A DNA stretch of 64,000 bases from Alphaproteobacteria bacterium. Lineage in GTDB: Bacteria; Pseudomonadota; Alphaproteobacteria; Bin95. The notes below the pieces were generated by a model. That model was not told the origin of the DNA, did not search any database, and saw only the letters and a program-made list of their open reading frames with translations. Where the stretch lies: NCBI GenBank assembly GCA_965220855.1, contig CBDCQY010000001.1, positions 2,098,279 through 2,162,278 of the forward strand, written 5' to 3'. A program made the position numbers and the translations under genes. Position 1 is the stretch's first letter. Each line of letters opens with the position of its first letter. This document shows positions 63,079-64,000 of this stretch, piece after piece.

Positions 63079-63972
63079 GTGATGGAGATCGCTGCAAACC
63101 CGCCCGGCGCCGTCCGGGACGCCACCGACCAGACCTTCATGGCGGAGGTCGTCGAGGCGTCGATGACCGTGCCGGTGATCGTCGATTTCTGGGCGCCCTG
63201 GTGCGGGCCGTGCAAGCAGCTGGGCCCGGTGCTGGAGAAGGTCGTGGCCAATGCCGGCGGCAAGGTGCGGCTGGTGAAGGTCGATATCGACCAGAGCCCG
63301 ATGGTCGCCCAGCAGATGCGCATCCAGTCGATCCCGGCCGTCTATGCCTTCGACCAGGGCCGCCCGGTCGACGCCTTCATGGGCGCGGTGCCGGAAAGCC
63401 AGGTCAAGGCGTTCGTGGAGCGGCTGGTCGGCGGGCCGGTCGAATCGGCGATCGAGGCGGCGGTCGAGCAGGCGCGCGCCGCGCTCGCCGAGGGCGACGC
63501 GCAGACCGCCGGCGCGATCTTAAACGAGGTGTTGAAGCAGGAGCCGGAAAACATCGCCGCGCTCGCCGGCATGGCGCAGGTGTTCCTCGCCGTGAACGAG
63601 CCCGACCAGGCGCGCGCGATGATCGACCGTCTGCCGGCCGGGGCCGAGCGCGACCCGGCCGCGGCGGCGGCGATCAGCGCCGTGGAGCTGGCCGAGCAGA
63701 GCGCCGACGCCGGCGACACGACAGACCTGTTCCGCGCGCTGGAGGCCGACCCGGACGATCACCAGGCGCGCTTCGACCTGGCGATGGCGCTGTTCGCCTC
63801 CGGGCGCCAGCAGGATGCGGCGGAGGAGCTGCTGGAGCTCTATCGCCGCGATCGGGAGTGGAACGAGCAGGCGGCGCGCGCGCAGCTGGTCAAGTTCTTC
63901 GAGGCCTGGGGGCCGACGCACAAGCTCACGGTCGATATCCGCCGCCGGCTTTCGACCCTGATGTTCAGCTAG
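63079..63972 (+). CDS. ybbN: Co-chaperone YbbN (thioredoxin domain + TPR-like)
   Basis: 297 aa; N-terminal thioredoxin fold with WCGPC motif; C-terminal helical repeats. Confidence 0.8.
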   Translation: MMEIAANPPGAVRDATDQTFMAEVVEASMTVPVIVDFWAPWCGPCKQLGPVLEKVVANAGGKVRLVKVDIDQSPMVAQQMRIQSIPAVYAFDQGRPVDAFMGAVPESQVKAFVERLVGGPVESAIEAAVEQARAALAEGDAQTAGAILNEVLKQEPENIAALAGMAQVFLAVNEPDQARAMIDRLPAGAERDPAAAAAISAVELAEQSADAGDTTDLFRALEADPDDHQARFDLAMALFASGRQQDAAEELLELYRRDREWNEQAARAQLVKFFEAWGPTHKLTVDIRRRLSTLMFS

Positions 63973-64000
63973 GGGGACCGGGCCGGTGCCCCTCAGGCGC

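Overview
High-GC (~68-70%) alphaproteobacterial-type chromosomal window, probably Rhizobiales-like, with dense coding on both strands and no rRNA, tRNA, CRISPR or transposase/integrase genes detected. Core housekeeping genes: cytochrome bc1 operon (petABC) with hemF upstream, methionine-salvage mtnP-mtnA, glutathione synthetase, formate-THF ligase, NAD synthase, class II DAHP synthase, D-Ala-D-Ala carboxypeptidase PBP4, prolyl aminopeptidase. These are interleaved with accessory catabolic genes: a Cox-like molybdenum hydroxylase, an IorAB-like Mo oxidoreductase, GMC oxidoreductase, LLM flavin oxidoreductase, amidase, TauD dioxygenase, D-aminoacylase, MBL hydrolase, sulfatase, acyl-CoA ligase, CoA-transferase and acyl-CoA carboxyltransferase. 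The dominant theme is metal (zinc/manganese) homeostasis: a split zur-znuB / znuC / znuA locus whose ZnuA carries a ~150-aa Asp/His tandem-repeat insertion; a COG0523 GTPase with an (HD)n tract leading a 4-gene operon with class II DAHP synthase, a NAPRTase-like gene and nadE; and a TroA-type 4-gene metal ABC importer with an extended permease. Candidates for new biology are a lower-GC XRE-HTH::ImmA/IrrE protease fusion behind an AT-rich palindromic operator, a hicB-hicA toxin-antitoxin pair preceded by an extra HTH gene, an orphan archaeal-type AAA ATPase, an unrecognised 199-aa protein, and an mtnP-mtnA-Ldh2 operon. Start-stop overlaps (ATGA/GTGA) link many gene pairs. Several of the longest ORFs in the six-frame track are GC-driven artefacts on the strand opposite real genes.
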